Made by a program: the position numbers and the translations under genes
Assembly: GCA_965240325.2 (NCBI GenBank)
Contig: OZ251240.1
Coordinates: forward strand, 62,001 to 126,000
Reading direction: 5' to 3'
DNA from: Rebecca billardiae RCC1528
Taxonomy: Eukaryota > Protista > Haptophyta
DNA: 64,000 nucleotides
In this document: positions 10,797 to 22,549 of the stretch, piece by piece
How positions within the stretch are numbered: the first letter of the stretch is position 1
How the letters are laid out: the number at the start of each line of letters is the position of its first letter
Notes under the pieces: generated by a model
What the model saw: the letters and a program-made list of their open reading frames with translations, nothing else
What the model was told of the DNA's origin: nothing
The model's database searches: none

Positions 10797-11858
10797 ATGG
10801 CGTGCCTCGTGGTGCTCGCGACTACGGTCCCGTCGATTACGTCGCCGCCGTCAGCCGCAGCTATGGCGCGCCGTCCCGATGACGAGGGAATCCATGTGGT
10901 GTACACATTTGCCGGCGCCACACACACTCGACGTGTCGTGCGCTCGATGGCGTCGGCGCTGCGCTTCGCGTCGCCCCGCACCGCGAGACGGCTGCGCTTC
11001 CACCTCTTCACAGACAACGCGTCGGTCTCAGAGCGCGCTCGCGAACGCCTCGTCGCCTTCTTCGGAGCGAGCCGTGTACTCCTGCACGCGGACTCTCTTG
11101 GGGATGTCACGCGTGCACGGCGTGTGCGGATACGGGACCAGAGCAACCGTGCGACATTCAGCCATGCCTCCAATTACATGCGCTTCTACGTGCCGGCCAT
11201 CTTCGAGCGGCTGGGGCTACGGCGCTTCCTCTACCTCGACTCGGACACCCTCGTCATCAACGATCTAGGACCGCTCTACGACGGCGCGCTCACCCGCACG
11301 CCCCACGCAGTGGCGAGCGCCCAGCAGCACGGCGACCACTGCTGGCTCGAGAAGGTCATCAACATGAGCGCGCCCAAGATGCAGGCCGTGCTGCGTGAGG
11401 CGCCGCAGCAGCCGTGCCTCGACGCAGGCGTGCTGCTGGTGGACGTGCGGCGCTGGCTGGCTGCGAACCTTTCTGCTCAGGTCGAGTATTGGCTGGAGCA
11501 GAACACACACGAGCCGCTCTGGGCACTTGGCTCTTTCCCGCCGCTCGTCGTTGCACTGCGCAACCGCGACTGGGAGCAGATGCCCCAGGCGCAGGCATTT
11601 GGCGTAGAGCGACTGGTCGCCGATCGCGTACGTCGTCACGATCACCTCGGGCGCGAGGTTGACGAGATGAGACAGCCTCACACCTTGAAAACTTATGCCA
11701 GCTTCTTGTTTTCTATATGTGTACGAAGTGTATACAGGAGAGCTGCGCCCTCGTGCCTAGCCCGCGTGATCACACTTGCGGCTCTTCACGTCGACCATGC
11801 CGGCCAGCATTGCATTATCATAGGGAGCAAGGGTGGTCGTGGGAGTTCTTCACTCTGA
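10797..11858 (+). pseudogene. GT8-family (GAUT/GATL-like) glycosyltransferase, C-terminally disrupted
   Basis: NYMRFYVP, RFLYLDSDTLV (DxD), DAGVLLVDVRRW and LGSFPPL motifs. Homology stops at about 11600, where a Helitron fragment is inserted. The usual HxxGxxKPW end is absent. Confidence 0.75.
11602..11662 (-). repeat. Exact 61-bp inverted copy of Helitron CDS 1268-1328
   Basis: Reverse complement matches base for base. Both copies translate NLAPEVIVTTYAIGDQSLYA. Confidence 0.95.
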
Positions 11859-11958
11859 ACTCGCCAGACTGGCGGCGACTGCGCATCACTGAATTCGAGA
11901 TCTAGGCGGGCGGGCGGCTCGGGAGTCGGGCGGGCAATACAGTAAGTAAGCTTTTGGA

Positions 11959-12702
11959 ATGGCGTCGGTCCTCACGCAGGCTGTGGTGCAACCTGGCCGC
12001 TCCAGTCGGCGGTGGAGCGGCGAGTCGGCCGCGCGGCCGGGCCCCGCGGCGCCCGCGGAGGCGCCGCTGTACGTGCCGCCCGCCGCGCGGCAGTACGCGC
12101 GCGTGCGGCTGCCGCCGGGCAGCTGGGCGTACCAGATCTGCGACTGCTGGTCGATGTGCCCGGCGGTGCCGCTCTTCAGCTCGGTGCTCTTCTGCTACGG
12201 CTACGCGCGCACGCTCTCGCGCGCCGGGCTGTTCCCGTACCGCGACGTGCTCCTCATCACCTTCGCCTACTTCGTCATCCAGTTCAGCGCGACGCAGATC
12301 CTCTCGCCGTACTCGGCGCTGCGGCGCGAGGCGGAGGCGGAGGGGTCCGAGTTTGGCGAGGAGCGCGAGGGCGAGGGCGCGCACAGCCGCCACCCGTACG
12401 AGCTCTTCGACAGCGAGGGCGTCGCCGCGCCCGGCTGGGTCTTCCCGCTCAAGTTCATCGTCGACGTGCTCGGCGTGATCTTCTGGGGCCTGACGGTGTA
12501 CGCGCGCATCAAGCTGGTGGACAAGTACCGCATCTCCGAGCACCGCTGCCTCTCGTGCATGTGCGTCACCTTCTGCCCGCCGTGCGCGCTGGCGCAGGAG
12601 ATGATGCACGTGGACGTGGTCGAGCACGGCAGCGTGCAGCAGGACTGCAGGCTCACCGCGCAGCACCCGCTCGCCGCCGAGCACGCGCACGAGCTGCAGT
12701 GA
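11959..12702 (+). CDS. PLAC8/Cys-rich membrane protein
   Basis: ICDCW near the N-terminus, two hydrophobic helices, RIKLVDKYRI and CVTFCPPCALAQE. Confidence 0.85.
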   Translation: MASVLTQAVVQPGRSSRRWSGESAARPGPAAPAEAPLYVPPAARQYARVRLPPGSWAYQICDCWSMCPAVPLFSSVLFCYGYARTLSRAGLFPYRDVLLITFAYFVIQFSATQILSPYSALRREAEAEGSEFGEEREGEGAHSRHPYELFDSEGVAAPGWVFPLKFIVDVLGVIFWGLTVYARIKLVDKYRISEHRCLSCMCVTFCPPCALAQEMMHVDVVEHGSVQQDCRLTAQHPLAAEHAHELQ

Positions 12703-13339
12703 CGCGCGCGGCCGCCCGGCGATGGCGCCGGCGCTGCTCGGCTGGCGAGCGCGCCCTGGGCCTGGCCCCAATGCGAGCCCTGCGCGGCGACGACGCGACG
12801 GCGCGCGGCGTGCTGGCCCCGCCTGACGATGGCGGTGCCGTCGCCATCGTCACGACGCTGCTCCGGGAGTGCGCTGCCGCCCGTGCCGAGCATTATTCAG
12901 GCTGCTTTCTAAGCGCGCCGATATTTATATATATAATTTAACGCAGCGCCGAGCGCGCGGCAGCAGGATCTTACGGCGGCGATAGCCCAGCAGCGCACTC
13001 CAGCGTCGTCTGTCGTGACGACTTCAGCAACTACACCGCGCCAGATGCCAGCAGAGGCACGGCCCGCCTGATGCGGGCTGCGGCTGCCAGGACGCGACGA
13101 TATATATATATATATATATTTAACGACGTGGCAGCATCGGACAAGCGTCAGGCTCAGAGTGCAACAGACACATATAGAATAATGCGTCCGCGCCTTCCGT
13201 CCAGGTCAGACAGTGCGCCACCCGCAGCCCTGCCCCCCTACGGGAGCGGGGCCGGGATGGAGCACCGCCTCGGCCTGGGGCACGCGGTGGCGACGGCAGA
13301 TGCCGCCGCGGCCGAGCGCCTTCCGGAGCACTTGGAGTT

Positions 13340-14254
<915 letters not shown>

Positions 14255-14325
<71 letters not shown>

Positions 14326-14550
14326 ATGATATGATATGATATGATATGATATGATATGATATGATATGATATGATATGATATGATATGATATGATATGAT
14401 ATGATATGATATGATATGATATGATATGATATGATATGATATGATATGATATGATATGATATGATATGATATGATATGATATGATATGATATGATATGAT
14501 ATGATATGATATGATATGATATGATATGATATGATATGATATGATATGAT
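14255..14550. repeat. (TA)n followed by (ATATG)n satellite
   Basis: TA run to about 14320, then about 46 ATATG units. Confidence 0.97.
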
Positions 14551-14801
14551 GATGATCACGGCGCCGCACGCAACGACGACGACGACTGCTGTCCGACGCG
14601 CGCTGCACTACTCATACTGCATGATGCGGACCGAATGGCGGCAATAATAATATGCATGGCTTATTTAATCGACTACGACTCTGCGTAGTGTATAGACCAT
14701 CGGCATCAGCATCGCGTAGTAGTCGCTCAATATATAAGGATCTGCTGGTGACGGCGGCACGGAGTCGGACTGGCGGTGTCGCGTGCCCACGAGGCGGCCC
14801 C

Positions 14802-15250
14802 TAGTGGGGTCAGAGCTCCGACCGTTACACTCTCGGGTGCCACAATATCTCCCGAAATCTCTTAGCATGAACTATCACACGGGTATTTACTTGGACGAAC
14901 TAGTTAGTAGGCGTTAAGGCTTAATTCCAGGGTGTAGAATCCGCCTGTGCCAATTTCAGACTGCCAAACTGTGATCTAGACGGTGCGATTCTGGTGCAAA
15001 TAGCGAGATCACCTTGGAGATTGTGTATATCTCCCCTACTAATGTTGATGCCGAGATCGCGTCGAGATTGATGAGGTCGTATATCTCCAGTATGTGATGA
15101 CATTTTAGTCCGGCAGAACTTGTCAGCGTGACCCGCCCAGCTCATTTCAGGCGAATATTGACATCCCGAACTGTTTGAGAGCCTCATCTCAAGACGACAG
15201 GAAGTTGGATTTTGGGCCACGCACCCCCCAGTGGGGCTCTGACCCCTCTA
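14802..15250. mobile_element. MITE (family M1) with 15-bp TIRs and 9-bp TSD (Mutator-like TSD length)
   Basis: TIRs tagtggggtcagagc / gctctgacccctcta (1 mismatch). Both flanks read ggcggcccc (14793-14801 and 15251-15259). A related copy lies at 60016-61904. Confidence 0.85.
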
Positions 15251-15494
15251 GGCGGCCCCGACTCGTCTCTGGCTCACTTCACAGCGGGCCACAGCCGGGG
15301 CACAGGGCGCCGGTCGTATTGTACACGCAGCGAGTACGACGGGGGGCCCTCCGCTGCCACCGCGCCCGCCCGCCGGCCAGCTGCCAGGCTGCCGATCCGG
15401 GCGCGACTGCCGCCTCGCGCTGCGAGCACGGCCGAGCCCAGCCAGGCACGCGCGCCCCGGCGCCCCCCCGCCGGTCCGCGCGTGCGCATGCGCG

Positions 15495-18009
15495 TCATGC
15501 GTAGCCCCAGATGCGCATGCGCTCCGCCTTGCGCGCCTCCTCGCCCTCGCGGTTGGCAATGGCCAGCGCAGCGTTCAGGTCCTGCACGCACGCACACGCA
15601 CACGCACGGGCAGTGCACGGGGCACACACGCACCGAGCAGGGTTGAGCGCGGGCGCGCCGCCCTGTGCCGCCCTGTGCCGCCCTGTGCCGCCCTGTGCCG
15701 CGCGTGCGCGGCCGTGCGCGCGTGCACACCTGGTGGTGCGCGTACAGCAGCGAGATGTGCTCGGCGATCAGGCTCTCGAGCAGCTCGACGGTGAGGGGCA
15801 GCCCCTTGAGCGCGAGGGCGTGGCCCCCGTTGAAGTCCCGCTGCACCGCCTCGAGCACGGCCACGGCCAAGATCTGCGCGGCGCACGCAGGGCCGGGCGC
15901 ACGCGCACGGCAAAGGGCGCGGGGCGGCAGGGCTGAGCCGCGGCCCGCGCGCGCGCGCACGGAGCCCGCCTCCGCCGCGCGCCGCGTGCCGCGCGCGCGT
16001 GCAGCGTGCCTTGACGTGTCGCGTCTGCGCCATGGCCGAGATGGGCTGCCGCCCCACCCCTGGCACGTGCGGCCCAAAGGTGAGCAGCGCGTTCATCTTG
16101 TGGATGGCGTGGCGCATGAAGACCCCGAGCACAAACTCCGTGGGGACGGGGAAGGGGGCCCCGGAGGAGGGGGCGGGGGCGGGCGAGGCGGGGGCGGCCG
16201 AGGCGCCCGCCGACGTCGCCGCGCCGCCCGCGTCGCTCGCGCGCCACGAGGTGCGCGGGCTGCCGCCCCCGCGCGCGCTGCCGCCCGCGTCTGAGCGCGC
16301 GGCCTCTGAGCGCGCGGCCGCCCCGGGGCCCCCCTGCTGCGCCTGCGCCTGCGCCTGCGCCTGCGCCTGCGCCCACGCGAGCGCCAGCCGCTGCGGCAGC
16401 GAGCCCTGCTGCTCGAGCGCGCGCAGCTGCGCACCGGCGGCCGCGCGGCGCGCGCGCGGCGCCACGGCGCGTCAGCGTGCGCCCCCTGCGCCGTGCACGC
16501 ACGCACGCGTGTGCCACGCGCCCACCTCGTGCGGAGAGAGCGGCGCCTTCTCGCCGTCCATGTGCGGGTCGAGGTACTGCGCGAGGTACGTGCAGAGGAA
16601 CGCGCCCACGCCCGCCGGCTGCGGCGGCAGCACGTCGAGCACGTCCTCCATCCGCACGACCACGCGGTGCAGCCACTCTGCGCGCGCAGCGCGCAAGCGC
16701 GCGCACACACGCACGCGCACGCCGGCTGAGCGCGCGCCGCTCGCGCGCGCGCGCGCGCGCTCGGCGGCGGGCGCGCACCGTGCGGGTCGTCCTCGAGCTG
16801 CTGCAGCGCGTCCACCCACATGCTCCCGACCGGCAGCCCCGCCGCCGCCTTGGGCGCCAGCCGGTCCTCGTGCTCGTACGGCTGGTGCAGCGCGTGCGGC
16901 GCGCGCCCGCCGCCGTCCGCGCCCGCGCGCGCCGCGTCGCCGTCGGCGCCGCCCGAGCCGGCCGAGCCGAACATGGAGCTGATGATGCCGCCCGCGTACG
17001 ACGCGCCCATGCCGAGGAGGCCGTTCGGCCCGCCCGCGCCCCCGCCGCCCGCGCCCCCGCCCGCCGGCCCCACCAGCTGCGCGATCCGCCCGATCAGCAC
17101 GGACAGCCGCCACGGCGCCTCGATGGCGCGCCGCCGCACCTCGACCGCGCCGCCCACGAGCAGCGCGGCGTACGCGGGCTCGGGGAGGCGGGCGGAGAGC
17201 GCCTCGGAGCAGACGTCGGAGACGCCGCCGACGAACTGCTGCTGCACGTCGTCCAGCGCCACCGTCATCACGTGGTGGATCGACGTCGCCTTCGCGTGGA
17301 TCGCCGCGTCCAGCGCCGCGCCCGACGGCGGCGCGCCGCCGCCGCCGCCGGCCGCGTCCGCCGCGTCCGTCGCCGCCGCCTGCTCCGCGCGCAGCGCCTC
17401 GGCGGCGGCGGCGAGCTGCTCGTCGGCGATGGAGTGCAGGTGGTCGGCGAGCACGCGCAGGTTCGGCTCGATCACCTCCGCCATCGCCGTGAGCAGCAGC
17501 CGCTCGCACTCCGCCGCGAGCTCGGCGACGGCCGCGGAGGCGGGCGCGTCCGCCTTGAGCGCGCGCACCGCGCCCGCCCAGCGCGCAGCGTCGCGCGCGG
17601 AGGTGGCGGCGGCGGGCTTGAGCGACGGGTCGGTCTCGGAGACGCGGCGCTCGACCGCCGAGCGCACGTCCGAGCCCTGCTCCGCCGCGCACGGCACGTC
17701 CCACCGCCGCTTGAGCGACCACTCCACCGCGGCGCGCACCGCCTCCGACTCGACGACCGCGCGCGCGCGCGCGTGCGCCTCGCGCCACTCGGGCGGGACG
17801 GGCGGCTCGGACTCGGCGCCGGGCGCGGCCGCGCCGCCGCCCGCGCGCGACGGCTGCTCGCCCGCGGGCCGGTCCTCCAGCCGCACGTCGTGCAGCGACG
17901 TGGCGAGCCCGTCCGCGCCCGCGCCGTTCGGAGCGCCCGGCTTGAGGCCGCCGCCGCCGCTGCCGCCGCCGTCGGCGCCGGGCGGCACGTTGGGCGCGTA
18001 CTCGTCCAT
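15495..18009 (-). CDS. Hypothetical helical protein, 5 exons (introns 16678-16778, 16427-16525, 15874-16009 [GC-AG], 15582-15729)
   Basis: ATG at 18009 (MDEYAPN). Splice junctions join the ORF pieces in phase and end ...ERMRIWGYA*. Confidence 0.7.
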
Positions 18010-20012
18010 CCTGCGCGGCGCGAGCGCGGGCGCCGCGCGAGCGCGGGCGCGTCGGCGCCGCGCCCTCGTCGCGCCGCGCGCCGCCGCGCGCGGCGCACGC
18101 GCGCCAACGCGCGCGCGCACCGATTCTTCGGCCGGGCGCGCCGGCGGAAGGGGGCACAGCCGCAGCTGCCTTGGGTCTCCGGGTCCCCTTCACTCATGTG
18201 GTGCCCCCCCGCGCGCCGCCGGGGAGGCGCGGTGCCGCGGCTTGCGCGCCCGTGGGCAAGGCAGGCGTCGCGCCCGCCCGCCTGCTGCTCTCCTTTGGCT
18301 CGGCCGCAACGCGGTGGCTGGCCGGGCCGCGCTCGCCCCTTGCTACACAGCTCGGTTCATCAGCCAGCATCTATCAAGCGGCGGAACTGTGCAGGTGCTT
18401 TGACTTTACCCGGCTGGTTGGCTTATGACGACAAGGCCGCTCGATACATATCGCCCGCGCCAAATACGCGCCCAAAACCTACCCACTTCATTCCGTGCAG
18501 CAGGGGCAGCCATTTGGCTGTTACCCACACAACCACCCGGCCGCGGGCCCGGCATGATGGCGGGCGGGACACGGCCGCCGCGCAAAAGGGGGAGCCTTGG
18601 GGGGGGGCGAGGCTCGAGACGTGCCCGGTAGGGCAGGGGAGCCCCGGCGACGCACCCGACGGCACTCGCAGCATCGCGCTGCGCCCGCCCCCGCGCGCCG
18701 GGCTGCAGGCAGTCGCGCCGGTGCGGCGCTGTAACCACTGCAGCGGTCGCCCGCGAGGCCGCAGGCGCGCGGCTCGCAGCACTGGCGGGGCGCGCCGCAC
18801 GCTGTCGATCGAGCGCGACGCCCAGCGCCGGGCGCCGTCGTCGCGGCTGCGCGGCATCAAGCAGGAGCGCCTCGCCGCTGCGCACCCGCACGCCTCGCGC
18901 GCGCCATGGCTCGGCGCCGTCCGACCCGCCCACCGTACCGCGTGGCCCCCGCGCCCCTAGAAGCCTGCGCGCGCACTGCTGTCACTGTAACCAGCGAGCG
19001 GCCCGGCGAGCGGTGCCGCGGCTGGCTCGGCATCCGCCCGGAGCGTCGCGGCGCCGACGGCCGGGCGCGCGGTGTGGCGCGGCGCGTGGAAGCGCGCCCT
19101 TGCCTCGGCAAAATGATGATATGACAGTCAGACACTGGACAGCAGGCCACACAGCCACCTGCTGGCTCTGCCAAGACACTGGCAGCCCCCAGGCGCAGGC
19201 TGCCTCCTCCTAGTCAAGCTCAGCAAGACAGCCCCCCGCCCAAACGACACTGCCCACCCCACCAGGCAAATGTGCCTATCCTAACACCAACTGGCAGGCA
19301 GGCTCAGCCTGCGCAACGAAGTATGCAACCCCCTGCAAAGAGCAGCAGAAAGAGGCGCGCAAACGACACCTCCCCAGGCGTATTAGCCATCGCCACCACT
19401 CTGCTTGCGTCCTACAGCGGCCCACGCCCTGACTTGATGCCCGATATCGCACACATGTCTGACATGACACCATCTGCCTCCATAGCAGCACGAGTGAAAT
19501 ACAGGCGCCTCACTGCCAGGACCAGTGGCCCAGACCCCGGCCCAGCTACTGGGCTCGCTGACAGCCCCCTCCGTCCCCTCCCCCGCGCAGGGATCGGCTA
19601 GTGGCTGGCCCTCTGCCCACACTGGGGCGCCCTAGGGGGTGCCCAGTCTGCCGACTCGGCTCAAACTCGATGATCTCGAATTGCAAGGCAGTGCACTGCT
19701 GGTACCTGGGACCACCCCACAGTGTTGGGCTTGTATGCTGTCGGCAATGGCATACCCCCGCCCCCTCTGGAGGCGGGCTGTCCACAGCGGAGTGGTGTCA
19801 AGGCACTCGGTGTATCGGTCAGTGGTTTGAGGTTGGGTGAGGGTGGTGGTTGGTTGGGGGCTGGCCAGGGTAGGGCTGGAGGCTTCGGCCGCCAGTCTGA
19901 TCACCCGGAGCCCGTTATAAAGGGGAATTTAAAAAAAACTCCATGGAAGGAGTCCGGCGGCGGTTGGCCACTCCGGGTTGGGCCCCGCGCCCCGCAGGAA
20001 CACTGCCCAGCG

Positions 20013-21911
20013 ATGCCGCCGGTGATGATGTCGGGCCGCGCGCGGCCGCTGGCGCTGCTGGCGGCGGCGGCGGCGGCGCTGGGCTGCGCGCGCGCGGCGG
20101 ACGCGCCGCGGCGGTGCGCGCCGGGCCGCGCGTTCGCGTACACCGGCCCGTCGCTCGTCGACGCGCCGGGCGCGCTCGACGCGCTGCTGGCCGCGCGCGC
20201 GCCCGACGGCGAGCTCATCATGCTGACCGCGACCGACACCAAGGACCTGCGGCGCGCGGAGAAGGACGCGCTGCTCGCGCGCCGCGCGACGGGGCTGACG
20301 ATGAACCTGGTGCACAACCTCGCCGCGCTCGGCCTGCGCAACTACGCCATCTTCTCCACCCGGCTGCTCTGCCCCGCGCTGGGCGCGCTCGGCGCGCACG
20401 GCTGCGTGCACTCCGACCGGCTCGCGACGGACAGCAACCTGCAGCTGCGCGCGTGGAAGGTCGAGGCGGGGGACATGCCGCTGCTGTGGGCGCAGTCGTG
20501 GTACTACCTCACCCTCGCCGTGATGCGCGGCGTCTCCGTCCTCAAGCTCGACGCGGACGTGCGGCTCGCCTCCTCGCCCTACCCGGTGCTGCACGGGCCG
20601 CTGCTCGAGCGCGTGGCGCTGCTCGTGCAGCGCGACGGGAGGGCGCCGCCGTGCGCGGAGGCGGCGCCGGCGGGGAGCGGCGCGCCGGCGCAGGGGCCCG
20701 GCGCGGTCGGCTCCACGCTGCACGGCCTGCCCCTCTGCGGCGTCGCGCAGCAGAGCCCGCCCCCGATCAACACGGGCCTCACGTACGCCAACGCGCGCGC
20801 CGCACACGCGCGCGGCGGCGGCGCGGTGCGGCTGCTCAACTGCACGTGGGGCATGTTCGAGGAGAAGCTGCGCCGCCCGCCGCCCAAGCCGACGGCGGCG
20901 CACGACCTCGTCGACCAGACGCACATGCGCATGTGCTCCCGCCGCGTGCGCGCGCCCCCGCTCAAGAACAACTTCTTCTACCTGCTCGACGCGGCGCGGC
21001 TGCGCACCGAGCCGGCGGAGGGCGCGCCGCGGATCAGCATGGCGGCGCTGGCCGCGCGGCGGGAGGACGTGCTGTACGCGCAGCCGCTCGCGGGCAGGCC
21101 GCCGCGCGCCGGCGAGCCCGCGCCGCCGGTCGAGTGGCTCGCCGTCGCGCCCGCCTGGCTCTTTGGCCGCGCGTGCGCCGTGCGGCTGCGCGGCGCGGGT
21201 CCGCTGATGCTGAGCGAGCGCGGCCGCGCGCGCGAGCGGCCGCTGCGCCCAAAGGCGGCGGGCGGCGCGTGCCCGAGCGACGCGCAGCGCGCGCTCGCGG
21301 GCGCGCTGCTCGCCGCGCCGCCGCCGCCGCTCCCGCCGCCGCCGCCCGCCGCCGCCCCGCTCGCGTGCGACGTGGGCGCGGCCGCCAACGGCAGCTGGGC
21401 CAACGGCAGCGCGCACGCGGCCGCCCTCGGCGCCGTGCTCGCGCGCGCCGACCCGTTCGACGGCCTGGCGGTGGCCGTGCACTTTGTGTTCGCCAAGGCG
21501 GAGAAGCGGCAGCTCGCGATGCAGGCGCTGGGGTGGTGGGCGCTCGGCGACGCGGAGCAGCGCGCCGCGCGCTGGTCCGCGCTCGGCGGGCGCAGCGCGT
21601 GCCCCGCGCGCGAGGGCGGCTCGCACGTGGCCATCGGGCTGAACGCGCTGCTGCTGCCCGGCGGCGGCGGCGGCAGCCTGCTGTGCGCGGACGCGCGCGC
21701 GGACGAGGCGTGGGGCTGCGACTGCTGCGCGCGCGTGCGGCCCTTCGACGAGCTCTCGCCCGACGAGCGCCTCGCGCTCGGCGCCGGCATCACGCGCCTC
21801 ACGTCGCACGGCAGGGCAGCGCCGCGCAAGATCAACGCGACGAAGCAGTTTGAGCTCCTCCACGGCTGCCAGTCGTACCAGGACTTTTGGGACAGGCGCG
21901 CGCGCAGCTGA
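20013..21911 (+). CDS. Nucleotide-diphospho-sugar transferase-like (GT77-like) protein with signal/anchor
   Basis: N-terminal hydrophobic stretch, VSVLKLDADV (DxD), INTGLTY, LVDQ and AVHF motifs. Confidence 0.7.
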   Translation: MPPVMMSGRARPLALLAAAAAALGCARAADAPRRCAPGRAFAYTGPSLVDAPGALDALLAARAPDGELIMLTATDTKDLRRAEKDALLARRATGLTMNLVHNLAALGLRNYAIFSTRLLCPALGALGAHGCVHSDRLATDSNLQLRAWKVEAGDMPLLWAQSWYYLTLAVMRGVSVLKLDADVRLASSPYPVLHGPLLERVALLVQRDGRAPPCAEAAPAGSGAPAQGPGAVGSTLHGLPLCGVAQQSPPPINTGLTYANARAAHARGGGAVRLLNCTWGMFEEKLRRPPPKPTAAHDLVDQTHMRMCSRRVRAPPLKNNFFYLLDAARLRTEPAEGAPRISMAALAARREDVLYAQPLAGRPPRAGEPAPPVEWLAVAPAWLFGRACAVRLRGAGPLMLSERGRARERPLRPKAAGGACPSDAQRALAGALLAAPPPPLPPPPPAAAPLACDVGAAANGSWANGSAHAAALGAVLARADPFDGLAVAVHFVFAKAEKRQLAMQALGWWALGDAEQRAARWSALGGRSACPAREGGSHVAIGLNALLLPGGGGGSLLCADARADEAWGCDCCARVRPFDELSPDERLALGAGITRLTSHGRAAPRKINATKQFELLHGCQSYQDFWDRRARS

Positions 21912-22549
21912 GGCCCGCCCAGCCAGCCGGCCGCTGGGGTTGGCGATGGCCGGCGCGCTCCTCGACGCCGCAGGACGAGTCGTCGTCACCATCGCCAACG
22001 CGTCGCAGAATATCACACTTCGTCGTCGCCCCGCGCATATCGTCGGCGCGAATCCGCCGTGAATCGGGCACCGACTGCACGGTGCGACTGCCTGCCCATC
22101 CGATAGTATTTATTGTATATTGACGACGACGACTACGATTGCTGGATGCGCGCGCGCGGATCGAGCAACGCTACCCGGTCGTCTGCTCGATCCGGGATCC
22201 TCGCGCTCGGCCAGCATCAATCGGCTATCGGAACTGGCTCAGGCTGGTGGGGCCGTGATGGGGGTCTGCAGCTAGGCCGCGTGTCGTCGCCGCCCGCGTT
22301 TCGTCCGAGGCCGCCGCCGCGGGGCGCGGGCCGTGACTCGTCTTGTTACCCGGACGGGCGGGTTGACCCCAGCGACGGCGCCGGAGGGCTAGTCACCGGT
22401 TGGGTCGCTGCATGCTGCCCTTCGCGCCTGGCGCGCCTCAGACAGCCCCGCCTTCGCTGTGAGGTGCGCGTGTGCGTGGGGGAGCGGTGCACCATCAGCG
22501 CGCACCGCACAGACAGCCACTCAGTGAGTCAGTGGCCACTCAGCGGCCG

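Noticed and set aside
18170-19985. Another asymmetric-IR element (ctccgggt / acccggag with actcc..ggagt hairpin)
   Set aside because: The match is only about 8 bp in GC-rich DNA and there is no second copy in the window.
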